62,741 nt of DNA. Source: Cyanophora paradoxa CCMP329. Taxonomy: Eukaryota > Plantae > Glaucophyta. Shown here one piece after another: positions 59,470 through 62,741 of this stretch (within the stretch, counting starts at the first letter, position 1; each line of letters starts with the position of its first letter). A program made the translations under genes and the position numbers. The notes beneath the pieces are model-generated. The model searched no databases and had not been told where the DNA came from. It was given only the letters and a program-made list of their open reading frames with translations. The stretch covers positions 1 to 62,741 of the forward strand of contig QPMI01000663.1 in assembly GCA_004431415.1 (NCBI GenBank). Direction: 5' to 3'.

Positions 59470-60396
59470 TCACTCGTCCGCCCCGCGGATCTTTTTGCGG
59501 AGCTGCATATCCTTGGGCTGGATTGTGATGCTGCGCGCCCCCGGCGGTTACGTGCCCCTGCACGGGGCGCTACAGAGTTTTGGAGGGGGTAGAAGGGGCG
59601 GCACACCGCTTGGCATGGATCGCGAGGAGGTTGCTCCCCTCGAACGTCTCGATGGCGTAGCTGCGTCTCGACGATCAGTTGCAGAGCTCAGCATTTTGTA
59701 TACTTGTAAATCTCGCGCACTGCTCGGTGGCCTCGCGGAGAGCAAGGACGGCCTGCCGGCACCAGCGAAGAGCGGGAGTGTCGGTCAGCCTTGCCTCACG
59801 AAGCTCTTTCAGGACATCTTCGGTGATCTCCTTGACGGTGCGGGTGAATGGGGCCAGCGCAATGATGGGTTCGGTTCGCTTCTGCCACTTGCGAATCTCT
59901 CTGCGAGCGACGGAGCATCGGATTAATATTCACTGAGCCTCCTGCACTTTAAACTTAGACAACGTCATGATCAATTGCAACGTACCGGAGGGCAACCGTG
60001 CTCCGCAAAGGCGTGCGCGGTTATAACAAATCAGATATATAGAGATCTAGAAACATTAAGAATTTAATGATAGTCACTTTAAAATAGCTATAGTAAGAGA
60101 TCTAGATCTAGAATGATATCGATCATGATACGATGACATTTGAACCACTTATAGTCACTTTAATTAATTTAGCCTTTTGGGTTCAACGGTTACAAGGCTC
60201 GCATACTGATCATGATCATGATCATGAACATGAACTCGGACCTGGACGGTAACGGTGAGGCTTCTTGACGCCTCCTGCGGCAGGAGCCGCTTTACGGGCC
60301 GCCTTCGACGCGAGCTTCCGCTCGCCTATGTTTGCGAATCGCTTCCGCGGGGCCTTGCCCCCGTGCTCTTTTGCGCCGTGTGCTTTGTCCGTGCAT
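59470..60396 (-). CDS. Second copy of the histone H3 variant gene (1-nt indels, probably sequencing error)
   Basis: Same sequence as 11594-12525 except single-base deletions (e.g. gtgcat vs gtgccat at the start codon). Confidence 0.8.
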
Positions 60397-60547
60397 CTGG
60401 CTATAGTTTGCTTGGGCCGAAAGGCCCTGTGGCCTCGCTGGAGTGCACACGCGCGGGTGCTCTTATTTATATATTCGTATACACATATGCATGTACACGG
60501 ATTTTTTTTGCGTCGTGCATTTTAAACTCATGATCAGAATCAAGAAA

Positions 60548-62569
60548 TCAAGGGGCGTCGGACTCGGATTTCGAGCCATCGGCGTCCGAGGCCCCCGCGG
60601 CCTTGATGCGAAAGACGTTCTTCGGCATGCGAACGAGCGGCTCGCCCTTGCTGTCGACGAGCTTCCTCACGCGCTCGTCGAGCCGCTTCTCGATCTCCTC
60701 GAGCGCCGCCTCGTCGGCGCGCTGCAGGTTGGGGAGAAAGGCGACAAAGTCCGCCGGGCTGACGCCGTCGCCCACACGCGCGCGAGGCCCGGGAGGCGCT
60801 GCAGGACGCGGGCGCAGGCGGCCAGGTCCGAGTAGGCCTTGGCGCACACCGAGCGCTCCTCGAGGCGGAGGCCGCAGGCCTCGAGGATGTGGTTGTAGCG
60901 CGGCTCGACGCGGTCCGCCGAAAGTAGCCCCAGCTGCGGGGGTTCCGCCCGTTGGCCTCGACGTAGCGCTCGTACGCGCCGAGAATGCCCGTCGAGGCGA
61001 GGAGGAGGCAGCGGATCCGCTCCCGCCCGCGTGCTGGGCCCGCAGGAGGAGGGCCCGCCGCGCCGCGGGGTCCCCGTCGAGCTGGATCCCGACGAGGGCG
61101 GCGTCGACGCCGCGCCGCAGCCCCCGCTCGAGCTCGCGGAGGGAGAGCGTCCCCTCGCTCCTCTCCGAGACCGCTCTTCCCCTCGCCGCCTCGCCGCCGC
61201 TACCGCTGCCGGCGCCCTCGTGCTCCGCGTCCGCGTCCGAGCCCGAGTCCGACGTCTCCTCGCCGTCCCGATCCCCGATCGGCCGCCTCGAGCTGGGTCT
61301 CGAACTCGGCCCGCTTCTGCTCCTCCCACTCGTTTCATCGGCCCGTCCTCGCCGGCGGGCTCGCCTCCGGATCCACCTCCGCCGCCGCGCGCCGGGGGCC
61401 TCGGTCTCCTCGCCTCGCCCTCGCCCTCGCCCGCGCCATCCTCGTCGTCCTCCTCGTCAAAGTCCTCGCGCTTGCACGTGTAGGCGTCGTAGAGGATGCG
61501 CTGCAGCTTCTCGCTTTCCCACGGCGGCCGCCGCTCCGACGAGGCGGGGCGGCGCTGCCGCTTGGCCGGCGGGCCCTTGGGCGCCTCGATGGCCAGCGGC
61601 GGCTCCTCGTCCTCGAGCTCGTCCTTGTCCTCGGCGGCCGCGGGGGCCATGCGCCTCGCGCGCGTCGCCCGGGCCGCCGGTGCCGGCGCCGGCGCCGGAG
61701 CTCCCCCGGCCGCCGCCGCAGAGCTCCCCTCGGCCGCCGTCGAGGCCTGAGAGGCCCCGGCGCGCCCCGAGCGGCGGGGCGTCGACGCGTTCGAGTCGGC
61801 CCCGCCCTTGCGCGCGGGCGCGGCTGGGCGGCCGAGGGGGAGCCCCGGCGGGAGGCTCCTGGGAGGCAGACTCGGCCGGCGGGCCGCCGGTCCCCTGGAC
61901 GAAGAGGGCCCCGCCCCGCCGCTCGTCGGGGGCGCGCGGCGGCACGAGGTCAGCGCGGCGAGCTGGATGGCGCGCGAGACGCCCTCGGCCGCCGTCCAGG
62001 ACTCGGGGCGCTCGGCCTCGTGGACAAAGGCGCGGTAGGCGAGGTAGCCGTCGACGCGCGACGAGGGGACGAGGGCGGAGAGCGTCGGGTGCGGCTCGCT
62101 GCACGCGCTCTGGAGCATGGGGCACTCGATCTCGCCCTCTTCGTCCCCGGCCGCGCCCGTGGGCGCGAGAACCTGCGCAGAAGGGGGCGATGGGCGGACT
62201 CCGGGAGCGGGGGGGAAGGTGGGGGTACGGGCGCGGGGGCGGCACCTTGGGGACGCAGGCGAGGCACACGAGGCCGTGGCGCTGGAGCAGGTGACCCGTC
62301 GGCTCGTCGTTGAGGTCGATCGCGCGGTCGAGGTCGCCCCCGCCGGCGAGCTCGGCGATGTTCCTGGCCAGGCACGCCGGCACGTACGCCGGCGGGAGGA
62401 GGCGCTCCGCGGCGCAGACGCTGCACCGGGGGCGCACGTCGAGGTCGAGCCATGCCGAGATGTACTTGGGGCGGGCGATCCGCACGGGCCGCGCGTCGAT
62501 CGGCGGGGCCCCCGATGCTGCCTCCTCCTGGGAGGACGCCGCCTGCTTGCCCTTGGCCTTGGCCCCCAT
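60548..62569 (-). CDS. Second copy of the RING-like/acidic protein gene (indels)
   Basis: Copy of 12677-14708. Confidence 0.6.
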
Positions 62570-62741
62570 CGAGACCGCGGGACCCGTGTTCCCGGTACCC
62601 TCCCCGCTCGAGTCGAGGGGGGTACGCAGGCCCTTTCAATCCTGCACGCGGGAATGAGACGGACGGTGTGCGACGTGCAGCCATTTATGAATTCTGGAGC
62701 TACACGTCCCGTCTCGCTTTCCTTGGTGCGCACCTGCGAAC

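Larger units (their letters stand above)
59161..62741 (+). repeat. Direct repeat copy 2 (start of second element unit; runs off the window end)
   Basis: Matches 11285-14880 but is ~15 nt shorter net through scattered small indels. Confidence 0.97.

Noticed and set aside
11285-62741. LTR or DIRS retrotransposon, based on the direct repeats plus YR
   Set aside because: No gag, reverse transcriptase or RNase H motifs were seen, and the repeat contains intron-bearing genes.

Overview
This is eukaryotic, GC-rich, intron-dense DNA with short GT/GC-AG introns, typical of an alga or protist; the host cannot be fixed from sequence alone. Bases 1-11.28 kb look like host chromosome: a STAND/AAA-TPR gene, a secreted/multi-pass membrane protein gene, and an AT-rich spacer with a long hairpin. 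At 11285 a ~47.9-kb unit begins, and it starts again head-to-tail at 59161 (11285-14880 matches 59161-62741). The internal junction at ~59156 is the exact centre of two nested inverted pairs of a TTGGTGCGG motif, as expected of a tyrosine-recombinase circle junction. The unit encodes a Ulp1/C48-protease-tyrosine-recombinase fusion, a ~2000-aa AEP primase + UL9-like SF2 helicase, TFIIB-like and SLX1-like GIY-YIG proteins, and Skp1-like, F-box and RING proteins. It also carries a meiotic-clade AAA ATPase and a chromatin toolkit: a 5-exon histone H3 variant with CenH3-type histone-fold diagnostics, a SET-domain protein and a TET/JBP-like dioxygenase. About 30 copies of a (TAGACCTGGGA)TCGGCCGAGCTCTG(GTCGG) motif lie in four intergenic clusters and are candidate origins or binding sites. 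No capsid, packaging ATPase, DNA polymerase B or reverse transcriptase was recognised. The best reading (inference) is a large integrative, YR-mobilised, probably self-replicating eukaryotic plasmid-like or virus-derived element with its own centromere-like histone and epigenetic enzymes. All family calls come from manual motif reading, not database searches.
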